The notes below the pieces were generated by a model. The model saw only the letters and a list, made by a program, of their open reading frames with translations. It did no database searches and was not told the origin of the DNA. The position numbers and the translations under genes are program-made. Source: the human T2T-CHM13v2.0 reference genome, Homo sapiens. Taken from it: a stretch of 64,000 nucleotides of DNA. Below, piece by piece: positions 49,441 to 64,000 of this stretch; the stretch's first letter is position 1, and every line of letters begins with the position of its first letter. The stretch lies in the NCBI RefSeq assembly GCF_009914755.1, contig NC_060940.1. One strand, given 5' to 3'.

Positions 49441-49847
49441 TTAGTCCAGGTATTTTGAGCGATAGAAGGGGAAAATGCTAAGGAGGGAAAATATAGGTAA
49501 AAAGGGATATGAACAACAATTTTTAAAATAATAAATGTATATTAGGAATTGAAAATAAAAAAGTCTAGACTGCAGTAAAAGAAAAAAAGAAAAAGAGTCC
49601 TAAGTTAGCTGTTTGAAAAGGTGAGCTTTGTGTAGTTTTATCCTCTGATGATTGTTTCTTTAAAGGTGGGTGCTTTTTAAAAGTAAAATATTGTAAATTT
49701 GAAATGTATCTAAGACAATACAATATCATTTGGTTCTATTTGTGTGTTGCATTGCCTAATAAATTATTATTTACACTCATATTCACCACATTTAAGTGAA
49801 ACCTAACAAATATACAATGTCTGTTTCATTAATTCAGAATTATTTAT

Positions 49848-50149
<302 letters not shown>

Positions 50150-50611
50150 CAATTCAGAATAATTTATTATGGATCCACCAAGTCCTATAAATAGTATTCA
50201 TCTGAGATTAATATTAATCTTTTATAAAATTACTTTGTCAATGTTATCCAGAATGTGGAACATAAATTGTATCACTTGCTAATTGTTATACATTTTGAAA
50301 TTTCTGTAGGTCTAAGTAAGTGCTTTTACTGAGGGTTCAATCTAGGGTAGAAGACCCTAACTGTTTTTCTCAAAGAATACTCAAAATCATATTTTTCCTT
50401 TAGGTATATATATGATTGCTTCCTACCTGGCCTTAGCTGGGGCTGTGCCATTTGCTTCCATGTGCTTTTTGCAGTATATCCCCTGTGAGGCGCTTCCCTA
50501 TACCATATCTAGTGTTGTCTGTTAATTGATGGAGTTGGAGGGTGAGTCAGGTCAGAATTTTTACTTTAGTGTCTTCATATCTACAGAACGTGAACAAGTA
50601 TTATGTAGATA

Positions 50612-50673
50612 TAGATTCAGATACATGACACACATACACATGCACACATGTGCACACACATCCACATCCACAA
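50612..50673 (-). repeat. Right arm of the ~62-nt inverted repeat
   Basis: tagattcagatacatgacac...catccacatccacaa. Confidence 0.9.
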
Positions 50674-51030
50674 ATGGTTCACTGGTCAATAGATTTGAGA
50701 AAAACTTTGTTAAGTATGTGCACACACTTCGATTTTAAAGGATCTAAGAAGTCCTGTGGGAATGTGAGTGGCAGCTCTTTAAGAAACTGAGTGGATTAAG
50801 TAGCATTTCCTTAACTAATTTTACCATGGAATCCCTTTCGAAGAACACCTCTCAGCACTGGTGTGGGAGGTCACTCACTTCATACCCAGAGGTCCTTCCA
50901 CTTTGGAGATACGCAGGTCTTAAGTGGCCTTCTCTTAGTATAGCCTAGGGTTGTTACCCTAACCTGTACTTATAAATGAGGGACACACAGAAATATGCAT
51001 AAAATTGTTACTCAGGTGATGGATCTTTCT

Positions 51031-51611
<581 letters not shown>

Positions 51612-52309
51612 TGAGTTTCTGGGGCAAATCTTCTTTTCTCACATAAGCTTTCAAGTGACTCGACTTCAGCTCTTGTCTTTTTCAGCTTTGCTTTTCAACT
51701 ACTAATTTTTTCAGAACAAATGACATGATTTTATGGGAAATTTACCTTTCTGAAGATTCTCTTGTGGGCATTTGGGAGTACATGTACATTTCTATATTCA
51801 GTTGTTTCGTTCAGGGATTTTGCAAAATGGCATATTACATACTATGTGCAATTTTACCCCCATGTTATTGAGCTATTGAGTACAGCAAGAGTGAAATAAA
51901 TGTGAGGGTGTCACACATATGCTTTTATAACTTCACCAAAATAGGTGAGCTAAGGTGCCAGAGTGTCAAGAGGCCTGAGATGTTGTAAAATGGAGTGAGT
52001 AGGAATTTTGTTTTTTAATGTTGAAAGATTGTGACACTTCTCCAAGCCTCAGAATTCCCATCCCATATGGATGTTATAAAAATTAAATAAGATGCCTTAC
52101 CTAAAGCCTATATATTATAGGGCCTCTATATTCATTCACTATCTCATTTTTCCACTGTTTAGGCCAGTCTTGTTGAAGTCAAATTTCTTGTTTATACCGA
52201 AGTGTTTCTGGGATGAGAATTTAACCTCCAAAGACACTTAAAATTTCTGTGGCTCCCTCGAATCAAATACAGAAGCTGTATAATCATATTTAATATATTT
52301 CCCTTCAGA

Positions 52310-53450
<1,141 letters not shown>

Positions 53451-53599
53451 AGATAGTAAGACTACTGTAATTCAGATTGTTGTTGTTGTTCAAATGCTCA
53501 GTGAAGATGGAAGATGAAAGTATTTTCAGGGAAGAAACATACCACAATTCTGACAGTCTAGTCTTGTATAAAATGCGGGAATGACTTTGCTATGTTAAT

Positions 53600-53730
53600 T
53601 TTCTCTTCTCAAGATCCTTAGCTTAATCACATCTGCAAAGACCCTTTTTTTTCAAATAAGATAACATTTACCGGTTCCAGGAATTAAGATGTGTATATCT
53701 TGGGGGAGGGGGTATTTTCTAGCCTTTTAT
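53600..53730 (-). mobile_element. MLT1 (D/E-like) 5' fragment
   Basis: 'cttaatcacatctgcaaagaccctttttttcaaataag...ggttccaggaattaag'. Confidence 0.75.
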
Positions 53731-55355
53731 AAAAGGGATTGAATTTAAGGAAATCATTGTTTTTCAGACTGCTTTCCTCAGAGAGCATCTAAGGGTTTCT
53801 TAGGGAGATACTAGAAACAAGTGTGAATCTGACCTCAATTATCATTGCTTCAAAATCCTATCGAAACTTCTCCTCTTTTCATTTAATAATTTGTTTGTAC
53901 AAAGTTTATCATGGTAGAAAGACCTTTCAAGACTCAGAGAGAGCACCTAAATTGCTATAACTCATGATCATCAACATGAATTCTGAAACAGAGTTTTCTG
54001 ATTCCCAAGCCTGCAAGTACTTTTTACCAAATGAAAAGTTGATGTCGAATATACATGAGGATGTATTAAGCTGAGCCGATTAAGAGATACTCTCTTACTG
54101 AAAATAAAGTCTCTCTCTAGGGAAGAAACTCACTGATTAAATGGTTATGAAACAAAGATCCATTTGTGGTGATTAATCACAAGGTCACAAAAATGTGAGT
54201 TCAAAGTCCAATTCAAATTCCATACTGTAAACTTCACTCTAAGCAATGATTTCTGTCATCAGTAAATGATTTTATCACATTGCCATTTCTTTTTCTGCTC
54301 AAAATTGTGTTGTTTATGTTCGTTCTTTGAGCCTTTTTGAAATTATTTGCTTTCAGGGCAAGTTTTCACCAAGGGGAGTGAAGATAATGACTACTCTTGT
54401 GGTCAGAATGTTTTAAAAACAGAGAAACATTTGCTTCGTGGTTTTGATAACCACATTTGCTACCTGTGCCTCGGGTCATTCTGACATATGCAGGAAGAAA
54501 GCAATGTTTAACAAGAGATGACTAGAGATGACACTATTTTACCACTCTTCCTCCTAACTCTTATGATAGGAAATGAAAAGAGGAACGACAATAGAAAGGC
54601 AGGGAACACTATTCTGGAGGAAAAAAAAAAAGTCCATGTTTCACAGTAACATCCTCTCAGCTGACATGAGTGCTTTGTAGAGTTTCTGCCACATGAGTTT
54701 CTGGAAGGTTTTGAAAGTATTGGTGGCCAAAGAAAAATTGCTTTCCTGCGGGAACCCTAACAAAAGGAGTTCTTCAAAATGAACCCGTGTACCACTTCTG
54801 TCCCAACCAGTCGTTGAGTGCTATGTAGCTCTAAATGCCGATGGGGTAGAAAATTTTAACCTGAGATAGAAGCATTGCTCAGACTTCACGGAGAAGATTG
54901 ACAGCAGATATTCACTTAGAGCAGCTCTCCTTACACTTCATTGAGTAAATTGCAGAGAAGCACAGGACAGCGAGGGAGATGTGGCTAGTGCTTGTAGATG
55001 TACCAGCAATTTATGATCATAGCCTCTTGAGTGCAATGGTAGGTGTTAATAGGAAAGTAATATTAATATTTATTCATTATACTATGATATTATTAGGATT
55101 TTCTCACTGACTCTTTACAATACTATCAGGAAGTAGATATCATTATTCTCTTTTGCAGCAAGAAATTGAGAAACAAGGAAGGTGCGTAATGCAAGTAATG
55201 CTTAAAAAACTCAATCCAATTCTGACTGATTCTTATTCTATAAGTCAAAAAACATAAGAAAATAGTATTTTAAGTCTCATAAGATATCATAATAATTTTC
55301 CAATCTGTCTCTTTGTTATCATTATTGGTTTTATGCATAGTTTTACATTGCATTC

Positions 55356-55651
55356 TTTTATTTTTTGTTTTTTGATAGAGTCTTGCTCTGTCACCCAGGC
55401 CAGAGTGCAGTGGCACGATCTTGACTCACTGCCACATCTGCCTACCATGCTCAAGTGATTCTCTTGCCTCAGCCTCTCAAATAGCTGAGACTACAGACCT
55501 GTGCCACCATGCCTGGCTAATTTTTGTATTTTTAGTAGAGACAGGGTTTTACCATGTTGGCCAGGTTGGTCTTGAACTCCTGACCTCAAGTGATCTGACA
55601 GCCTCAGCCTCCCAAAGTGCTGGGATTACAAGAGTGAGCCACTTCACCCAG
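55356..55651 (-). mobile_element. Alu (S/J-like)
   Basis: Full dimer. Confidence 0.95.
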
Positions 55652-56429
55652 TGAATATAAAAGAATTTCTTTGCAAACTCAAATGCAACTGCATTGTGAA
55701 GTCTACCCCTCCAGATTGCCAAAAATGTGTTTTCTTTATGTTTGCCTTCATCAGAAAATAAAATAATACAGACACCTCATTCTTTATAAAGCCAACTTGC
55801 TTTGAGTAACGGTTTTAAAAATAGAAAACAAATTGATATTCTTCGTTTTTCTAGTAAATCTTAGTGTTTGCTGCTACAATATTTAGTGGGAAATTGTGTT
55901 CTTTTCCCCATCATATTCTTTACTGATGCTAACGAGACAAGATAGGAATGACAAAACACCTTGAGTAACTCTCCAAGCAATACATATCTTGAAGACTATA
56001 GACTAAGCTATATACAAAATCAATCTATTTTTTTTCTGCATGACTCTGTGGATCTGTCTTTTCTTGCAAAGATATTAATTGGGCCAAAGGGGCTTTCAGG
56101 AAGTGGTTTAGTGGGACTAAACATCTATCAACAAATATTTATGAAGTGCCTACTTTGTAAAGTATTGCCTTGTGAACATTTTGCAAAATTCTTGCTGTAC
56201 TGCTACATTGTTTGTATGTTACAGAAAAAGATGGTAAGAGGAGTTTAAACTGAGAAATTCACTTTTTGTGGTCTGTTCACAATCTTTCCCACTGTGTCAG
56301 TATTAATAACTTCAGAACTATGGCCCTACAGCTTGGTGGAAGGAAAAAAGAGAAGTAATTAATTTACAGGGAAGGGACATGAGCAGGAACATAGAAAACT
56401 GAGGGAGAAAAAAGTAATCTGAAAATGAA

Positions 56430-56985
56430 GGTGTAGAAGACATTTGCTGTTTCCCTTCCCTTCCTATTGAGACCTACATTTTACTATGTAGATCTCATTT
56501 ACTACATTTTACTATGCTCATCTCATGTTAGTTGGAGTTAAGTTACAGGCCTGTAGCATATTACCCCAAGCCAAGTATATCAGAGACCCAAATGCTGCTG
56601 GCAATGGAAATTCGTTCAGTGATCAGTATACATGTAATGTAAGCAATTAAATCAGAGTGAAACTCATTGGTTTTGGAAGGACTAATAGAAAGAGGAGCTC
56701 CTTTCTCAAAGGTACTTCTATCTACGAGGATTTAAAGATAATGCTACTTTAGTCATCTTGCCATCATTTTCAGCCTGAGAATAAAATTAATACAAGGTAA
56801 AGAGGACAGTATATCCAATACCAATAGATTAGTTCCTAATGCCATCAACCAAGGCACTGAATCCAGCACTTACCCTGAACTTTTTAACCCCTGGGCCCAG
56901 TGGCCATTGGCCAGTATATTTTTTGTTTTGTTTTTTGATTAATGTAGTTTAATTGATTTTCTGTCACTTATAACTAAGAGATTAA
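56430..56985 (+). mobile_element. Ancient MLT1 (K/L-like) LTR
   Basis: 'tgtagaagacatttgctgttt'...'ttttctgtcacttataactaagag'. Confidence 0.6.
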
Positions 56986-57294
56986 TAATTCAGAGAGGAA
57001 GAACAATAATTAGAGTGCAAACACAATAAGAAGTTAGAACCCAGATCAGTCCCAGGCAATGATCTGAAGCACAGTTTCAGAGTTGCATTGTAGAAGTCGA
57101 GTGCAGGTGGAGGTCAGAGAAGGGAGGTTCCTCCAGAAAATATCCAGGGATAAAAATCCCAGTCCTAAGATATGAAATTGTAAGGAACAGGAAAGAAATA
57201 GACCCTCAGGTACTCTACTAGGATCTTAGGCAAAAGCTTAGGTGGGACATGCAAGTAACCTGACTCCTGTGTAGGAAGTTAGAAGCAGTAGGTA

Positions 57295-57979
57295 TGTAAC
57301 CACCCAATGGGTTCACCTTGCCCGCTGCCCAGACAGAGCCAATTTATCAAGACAGAGGAATTGCAATAGAGAAAGAGCTATTCATGCAGAGCTGGCTGTG
57401 CGGGAGACTGGAATTTTATTATTACTTAGATCAGTCTCCCAGAGCATTCGGGGATCAGAGTTTTTAAAGACAATTTGGTGAGTGGGGAGGGGCAGTGAGT
57501 CAAGGAGTGCTAACTGGTTGGGTCAGAGATGAAATCACAGGGTGTCACTGTCTTGTGCTGAGTCAGTTTCTGGGAGTGGGGTAAGTGTCACAAGAACAGA
57601 TGAGCCAGCTGATGGATCTGGGTGGTGCCAGTTGATCCATCAAGTATAGGGTCTGCCAAACATCTCAAGCACTGATCTTAGGAGCAGTTTAGAGAGGGTC
57701 AGAATCTTTTAGCCTCCAGCTGCCTGACTCCTAAACCATAATTTCTACTTGTTGGCCGATGGTAGTAGTCTAGTCCCCAGGCAAGAAGGAGGTTTGTTTG
57801 TGGGAAAGGGCTGTTATTGTCTTTGTTTTAAACTATAACTTACAAACTAAGTTCCTCCCAAAGTTAGTTCAGTCTATGCCCAGGAATGAGCGAGGACAGC
57901 TTGGAGGTTAGAAGCAAGATGGAGTTGGTTGTTAGTTCTATTTCAGTGTCTTAGTCATAATTTTGCCAAAGCGGTTTTA
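57295..57979 (-). mobile_element. LTR8 (HUERS-P1) solo LTR
   Basis: 'tgtaaccacccaatgggttcaccttgcccgctgcc'...'ttttgccaaagcggtttta'; TSD ggta/agta. Confidence 0.9.
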
Positions 57980-58094
57980 AGTATTCACAAATTATTGTCA
58001 CAAATATTTTTAATTCTGTTGACACTGTAAAATGTAATGTAAAATTGTCTCTGAATTATTTCCAGAAGAGAGGAGTTGCTGATTTCAGAGATAA

Positions 58095-58409
<315 letters not shown>

Positions 58410-58482
58410 TAAGAAATACTTTGATACTCCCTTTGGAATAGAAGGTAAGTCCAAGAAGGATTTTCAAAAACACAGGTAACGG

Positions 58483-58766
58483 GGCCAGGCACAATGGCTC
58501 ACACTTGTAATGTCAGCACTTTGGGAGGCTGAGGCAGGCAGATCACTTGAGGTCAGGAGCTCGAGACCAGCCTGGCCAATATGGTGAAACTCCGTCTATG
58601 CAAAACCCACAAAAATTTGCCAGGCATGGTGGTGAACCTGTGATCCCAGCTACTTGGGTGGTTGAGGCATGAGAATTGCTTGAACCTGGGAGGTGGAAGT
58701 TGCAGTGAGCCAAAGTCGTGCTGCTGCACTCCAGCCCAGGTGACAGAGCAGGAGACCCTGTCTAAG

Positions 58767-58827
<61 letters not shown>

Positions 58828-58845
58828 AAGAAAACAAAACAAAAC
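58483..58845 (+). mobile_element. AluS with (GAAA)n(GA)n tail
   Basis: Full dimer; TSD cacaggtaa. Confidence 0.95.
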
Positions 58846-59198
58846 ACCACAGGTAATGAAGGGATGATGAAACTCCATGCATTTAAAAAAAAAAAAAAAA
58901 GGGTATGTGTGCTTTTATGCCTATACAGCTGAAAGTGAGGAAAGTGGAAGTGAGAAGAATGAGGAGTAAGACAGGTTCTTTGAGGTTATTTCTATATGTG
59001 AAATTGGACAGTAGAAATTTGCTTATGGGGTAACTTAAATTCTCAATGCTTCATGTTCAACTCAAACTTCTTGGTTGTGTTTTGCTTAAATTTCTCTTTC
59101 ACTTTTACCCCCAAATCATCACTAATTCAGTCTGCTATGTTAATAAATGCTTTATGAAGATGCTATTCTTTGTTATATTTGCTCCAAAATTGTAGTTA

Positions 59199-59594
<396 letters not shown>

Positions 59595-59600
59595 TTAAGG

Positions 59601-60135
59601 TAGGGTGATAATTCATCTCAGTTCCCCTGGAACAATTCTAGTTTGCCTATTTTGTCCTAGAAAATTATTAACAATTCCTTTTTTGTTAAATTAAATATAA
59701 GCAGGAGGTCACTAGTCTGAGGCTTATTCTGTACTTTGAGTTCCTATATAACAAACTACAACCTAACTTCGGATGTCAACAAACTAAAACCAAACTCAGG
59801 AGTATTATTTTTAATGAAACTCCAAGTTTCAGCCAATCACAAATAGCTGAGCTTCAGCCAGTCACAGGTAACCAACTGCTCACACCATGCCCAAAGAAGG
59901 CAGACACCTAGTTGTGGCCAATCATCTACTTTGCTTTTATTCAACCTATAAAAGCTTACTGCTCACACTGCTGGGCTGGGATCTTTGAACCTCTTCTGGT
60001 TCTGAATACTGCCTAATTCATGAATCATTCTTTCCTCAAATAAACTGGTAAATTTAATTTGCCTAAGGTTTTTCTTTTAATACTTTTCACTTTCATATTT
60101 GTTGCAATTTGTAAAATAAAGTATATGGACATCCA
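59601..60135. mobile_element. Short hAT-Blackjack MITE (MER94-like) split by an LTR
   Basis: Start tagggtgata, end tatatggacatcca; two halves at 59601-59683 and 60083-60135. Confidence 0.55.
59684..60082 (+). mobile_element. Solo ERV1 LTR, MER57-like
   Basis: tgttaaa start, repeated 'agccaatcaca' CCAAT units, TATAAAA ~59947, AATAAA ~60039. Confidence 0.8.
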
Positions 60136-60354
60136 AATTCACGCCCATCTTATGTAGATTTCAAAAGTCTGAGGAAAGATCTCTTGAAAATTTCACATAC
60201 AAATAACTTAGAATGCTAGAATGCTTGTTCCATAATCATTTCTTGATAATAATAATGTCATGTAATATTTTATCACTCACATTCTCTAATGTTCAAACTC
60301 TTCATTTATAGAATGGGAAACCTATAATAATTGAGCTACCTACTCAATTATTTA

Positions 60355-60560
60355 CTGATGTGTTCACTCAGTCACTTACTTAAACACACTCTCATTCTCT
60401 TTTTACCAGTTCATACAATTATCAAAAGGATGCTCCATACTTGGAGTAATGCTAGAATCTGAGGATGAAAAGGTTAATCAGAAATCATTCTTGCCTTCAA
60501 GCGACTCATGGTGTAAGGGGAAGGGACATGAGTGGAGAAATAAATTGAAATGTGCAGTAT
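60355..60560 (-). mobile_element. L2 3'-end fragment
   Basis: 'gctagaatctgaggatgaaaaggttaat...ttcttgccttcaagcgactcatggtgta'. Confidence 0.55.
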
Positions 60561-60984
60561 ACCAAATTTGCAGAACAGACGATAATATAAATAACAGCAT
60601 TGATTCCAAGATAAATTAAATATGTTTTGACAAAAGTCAATTTCAGGATCATGAACATGAACATGTATGTCATGTATAATTTCTTTCTTTTTTAAAAAAT
60701 AATTTAACCACAGTTCTCAGTGAGTCTCTTCTTTCTAGTAAAGGGACATACTTGCAGGGCTCAAAAATTTATTTCAGAGAAATTATAGGTGTAATTGTCT
60801 ATTGATTTCTGAACTCTCAAAAAGGAATATCACAGGATTATGTCAAATATGGCATTGTTTGTGATTCTCATATGCATCAACGCTCCCAGAAGTATATTTT
60901 ATGCCACTACTAAAGACAGTTTGTAACAAAAATAATAGATGTTTCACCTCTGATTTCTTTAGATTAATCATTTATACAGAGCAT

Positions 60985-61010
60985 ACACACACACACACAC
61001 ACACACACAC
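60985..61010. repeat. (CA)n microsatellite
   Basis: Direct reading. Confidence 0.97.
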
Positions 61011-61335
61011 CATTTGCAAAATTAACCAAGGGAATTCAGGATTGAGATCATGGGGTCATAGCACATCTGCTTTAATCAGTCCTTGGCCCAGAGAAATTAG
61101 AAAAAACACATTTATATACACATTTCTTATACATAAAAAATTCTTTAAATAATTTATAAAATGGATAATGCAGAACTTTACTCAATACACACTTACATGA
61201 ATAAATGAAGGATGAAATCTTAAATGTTGACTTAAGTAGCTTTACAGCTTTGTGATAATGCAAATTTTGTCAAACCTCTATGAGGTTACATTTCTTAATC
61301 TTTTAAGCAGCCCTATGATTATATTGCCTGAAAGA

Positions 61336-61337
<2 letters not shown>

Positions 61338-61377
<40 letters not shown>
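61338..61377. repeat. (TG)n microsatellite
   Basis: Direct reading. Confidence 0.97.
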
Positions 61378-61379
<2 letters not shown>

Positions 61380-61539
61380 CTGAACTTGATTCCTGGGATA
61401 AAAGAAGATCCTCAATAATTGGGAGCTATTGTATAGGGTTAGCATTTTGATTTTTTTTTTTAATTGAGTAGAGATTGTAAGATAATATGCCATGGATACA
61501 GGTCAAAGTCTAAACCTTTTTTTGGTCCTGGTACTATAT

Positions 61540-62178
61540 TGATGTAGGATTTTTCTTCTTGGTCACTTTGCAAGCCAGGGAACCCTGGCCAGCAATGCCC
61601 CACCTGGATATCACTTGGCCTTGCTGGCATGCCCCAGCTTGCCTGTGTCATAGCTTGTACCTGTGTTCAGTGGTGCCCAATCTCTTATATCATGCCCAAG
61701 AAGAATAAGGATATGCTAGACATTGAAGGGTGATTAGGGCAAAGAAGAATTTTATTGAGTGACTGAACAGCTCTCAGCAGAGAGGAGACACAGGGAGTGG
61801 TCTGGTCCCCAGCCCCTGCAGTTGGGCAGTTCTCTCTGTCTCATCAACTGAGTCTGGGGTCTTTATAAGCATAGGATGGGGAGTGCATGCTGATTGGTTT
61901 GTGAGTGTGCAAAAAAGGTTAAAACGAAGCCATCACCCAAAGGTGAGCATGATACTGCAAAAAAGCAATTAGGAAAGGGTAGGTATATGTAAAATAAGAA
62001 GGGTGGGGATCAATCAAGGGAAAGTGCATCAAACAGGAAGACAAGTTCTCAATCTGGTCTGAGGATTTAACCTGTAGCTTGGCTTTCAGACTTTAAACTG
62101 TCTTTGGCTTGGAGGTGGAGATTCACTGGGCACCCATCCCTATCTGTCTAGGCATTTGGCTGCCCCCTATCATTATCA
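61540..62178 (-). mobile_element. Solo ERV1 LTR, LTR27-like (LTR1/MER52 group)
   Basis: TG..CA termini, perfect TSD atat; minus strand 'ggcagccaaatgcctag.cagatagg'. Confidence 0.87.
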
Positions 62179-62513
62179 ATATCAAATTTGTTTTACCAAA
62201 AAGACCAGTAAAGATTAATGGCATGGCCTAATGCCTTCAACTTTCTGTTAAGAGGGCTAGGTAAGAAAACATTATAGATGTGATACTTAGAAATCCAGTG
62301 TTTTAACAGGTTCTTCATTTGGTTTCTGGCCTTGTCTCCTGTTTTCCTACCCTTTACCTGTCCCCTTTACCTGTCCCATTTCCTCTTGCATTCTCTTTAC
62401 AAACTACTTTATACCCTTTCCTCTCGCTAATTACCTCTGCCTGAAATGGCCTTCTTGCTTTATTTTAATGAGATAAACTCAAAATTCCTATCTGTCCTGT
62501 AAGAAGCTGCTAA

Positions 62514-62582
62514 AGTGAGCCAAGATCGCACCACGGCACTCCAGCCTGGGCGACAGTGCGAGACTGTCTAAAAAAAAAAAAA
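62514..62582 (+). mobile_element. Severely 5'-truncated Alu (~55 nt plus poly-A)
   Basis: Perfect TSD aagaagctgctaaa. Confidence 0.93.
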
Positions 62583-62964
62583 AGAAGCTGCTAAAACACT
62601 ACTGCTTCTACAAAGCCTCCTATAAACTTCTAGGAAGCCATAGTCACTGCTTTGAAACCAAACTGTATCTTTTAACTACCTCTGCAGTAGCACTCAGTTT
62701 ACAATAACCTTCCTAGGTTTCTCTGTCTACTACTTAATAATGAACTTTTGAAAGGTGGTGAATGCTTCTTGAAATGGATGCTAAATCCTTTTTTAATCAA
62801 ATGTTCTTCAGATTTGCCATAGTGAAATTTTTAATCATTTATATTCTGAATTCAGCACAGCACATTCAAGAGCCTTGATTAGTGAAGGTGAGTACGTGAA
62901 TGAATGGGTCACCATTGTAATATAAAGCATCTGTTGAAAGTGTAGTAATATTTTCATTTTATCT

Positions 62965-63427
62965 GCTAATTTTCACAAAACTCAAGATGCCGTTAGTTGT
63001 AAAATACAACACCATGACATTATGTACAAAATAAATAAATATTTGCCAAGTGTACTCTAATACCATGCTTTTTCAACACTTGGAATAATTTTAATAAGTT
63101 CTTATAGACATTTGTAGAATTTCGTAGACAAATTCACTTTCATCATCTCTGTTTCTCTCTCTCTCTCTCTAGTATGAAATGTATTAGAATTTAGGCATTT
63201 ATACATCATCTTCAGATTCAGAGGCAGACCCTTCGAAGCTCTTTGAAAATTTATTTAGAACTGTTGGTGCTTATTTATTATTAGTCAGTATCATCCTTTA
63301 TGTCATCAAAAGTGCTGGTCATGTGTTTTCTAACATTCTCTCCTTTAATACAACACAAATGTTACATTTTCTAAAAGAGGGGCTTCACTAGTAACTCTGG
63401 GATTTGCTTACAAGCTGCTGAATCCAA

Positions 63428-63430
<3 letters not shown>
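62965..63430 (-). mobile_element. Tc1/mariner-superfamily (Tc2/Kanga- or pogo-like) DNA transposon relic
   Basis: Minus strand resembles a decayed transposase C-terminus; 'aagatgccgttagttgtaa' is terminal-like; from recall only. Confidence 0.4.
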
Positions 63431-63470
<40 letters not shown>

Positions 63471-63805
63471 AATGAGTTGAAGTTCACATAACATCAAATT
63501 AACCATTTTAAAGTGTACCATCAGTGGCACTTAGTATATTTATAATGCTGTGCCACCACCACCTCTGTCTACTTCTGAAACATTTTCATCATCCAAAAGA
63601 AAACCGTACTCATTAAGCAGTCTCTCTCCATTGCTCCTTTCCTCTATCCCCTGGCAAACACAATCTTCTTTCTGTCCCTATGGATTTACCTATTCTAGAT
63701 ATTTCACATAAAGAGTTGTATGATATATAACTTTTGGTGTCTGCGTTTTTTCACTGAGCAAAATGTTTTCAAGGTCCATCTACACCATGGCATGTATCAA
63801 TTCCT
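63430..63805 (-). mobile_element. L1MA/MB 3' UTR fragment with (GT)n at its tail
   Basis: 'aaattaaccattttaaagtgtac...ggatttacctattctagatatttca' antisense L1M 3' end. Confidence 0.88.
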
Positions 63806-63851
63806 CCCTTTCCCTCCCTCCCACCCTCCCTCCCTTCCTTCCTTCCAATTA

Positions 63852-64000
63852 TCTTTTTTTCTTACAGAGTCTCACTCTGTTGCCCAGGCTAAAGTGCAGC
63901 AGTGGAATATCAGCTCACTGCAACCTTCGCCTCCTGTGTTCAAGTGATTCTTATGCCTCAGCCACCCAAGGAGCTGGGATCACAGGTGTGCACCATCATG
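63852..64000 (-). mobile_element. Alu right arm (runs off the window)
   Basis: 'gagtctcactctgttgcccaggct...'. Confidence 0.93.

Noticed and set aside
56474-56530. Small local tandem duplications (also 5671-5703, 9131-9160, 62351-62376)
   Set aside because: Ordinary slippage events with no further structure

Overview
Primate (human-like) non-genic DNA dominated by transposable elements. I can support no host protein-coding exon, RNA gene, CpG island, CRISPR array or prokaryotic system. The window holds about 33 Alu copies or fragments and one 5'-truncated 2.9-kb L1PA2-type insertion, which carries the only real (dead) coding sequence. It also has HAL1, L1M, L2, MIR and DNA-transposon relics, and a dense set of endogenous-retrovirus LTRs and internal sequence (roughly 30% of bases by my hand tally). 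The most interesting structure is rearrangement and insertion history: (1) a MER4-group provirus whose 5' LTR+leader (+, 33.2-34.85 kb) and internal region+3' LTR (-, 38.8-47.9 kb) lie on opposite strands, suggesting a ~13-kb inversion; (2) a triple-nested MER50>MER4>LTR7 stack; (3) an L1-made polyadenylated retrocopy of an ERV LTR R segment; (4) two short non-TE duplications, a 47-nt direct copy 1.5 kb apart and a ~62-nt inverted copy 2.2 kb apart; (5) two motif-dense unique islands that may be enhancers. Repeat subfamily names come from my recall of consensus sequences and were not verified by search. TSDs, motifs and internal repeats were read directly from the sequence. I found no convincing previously undescribed biological system.
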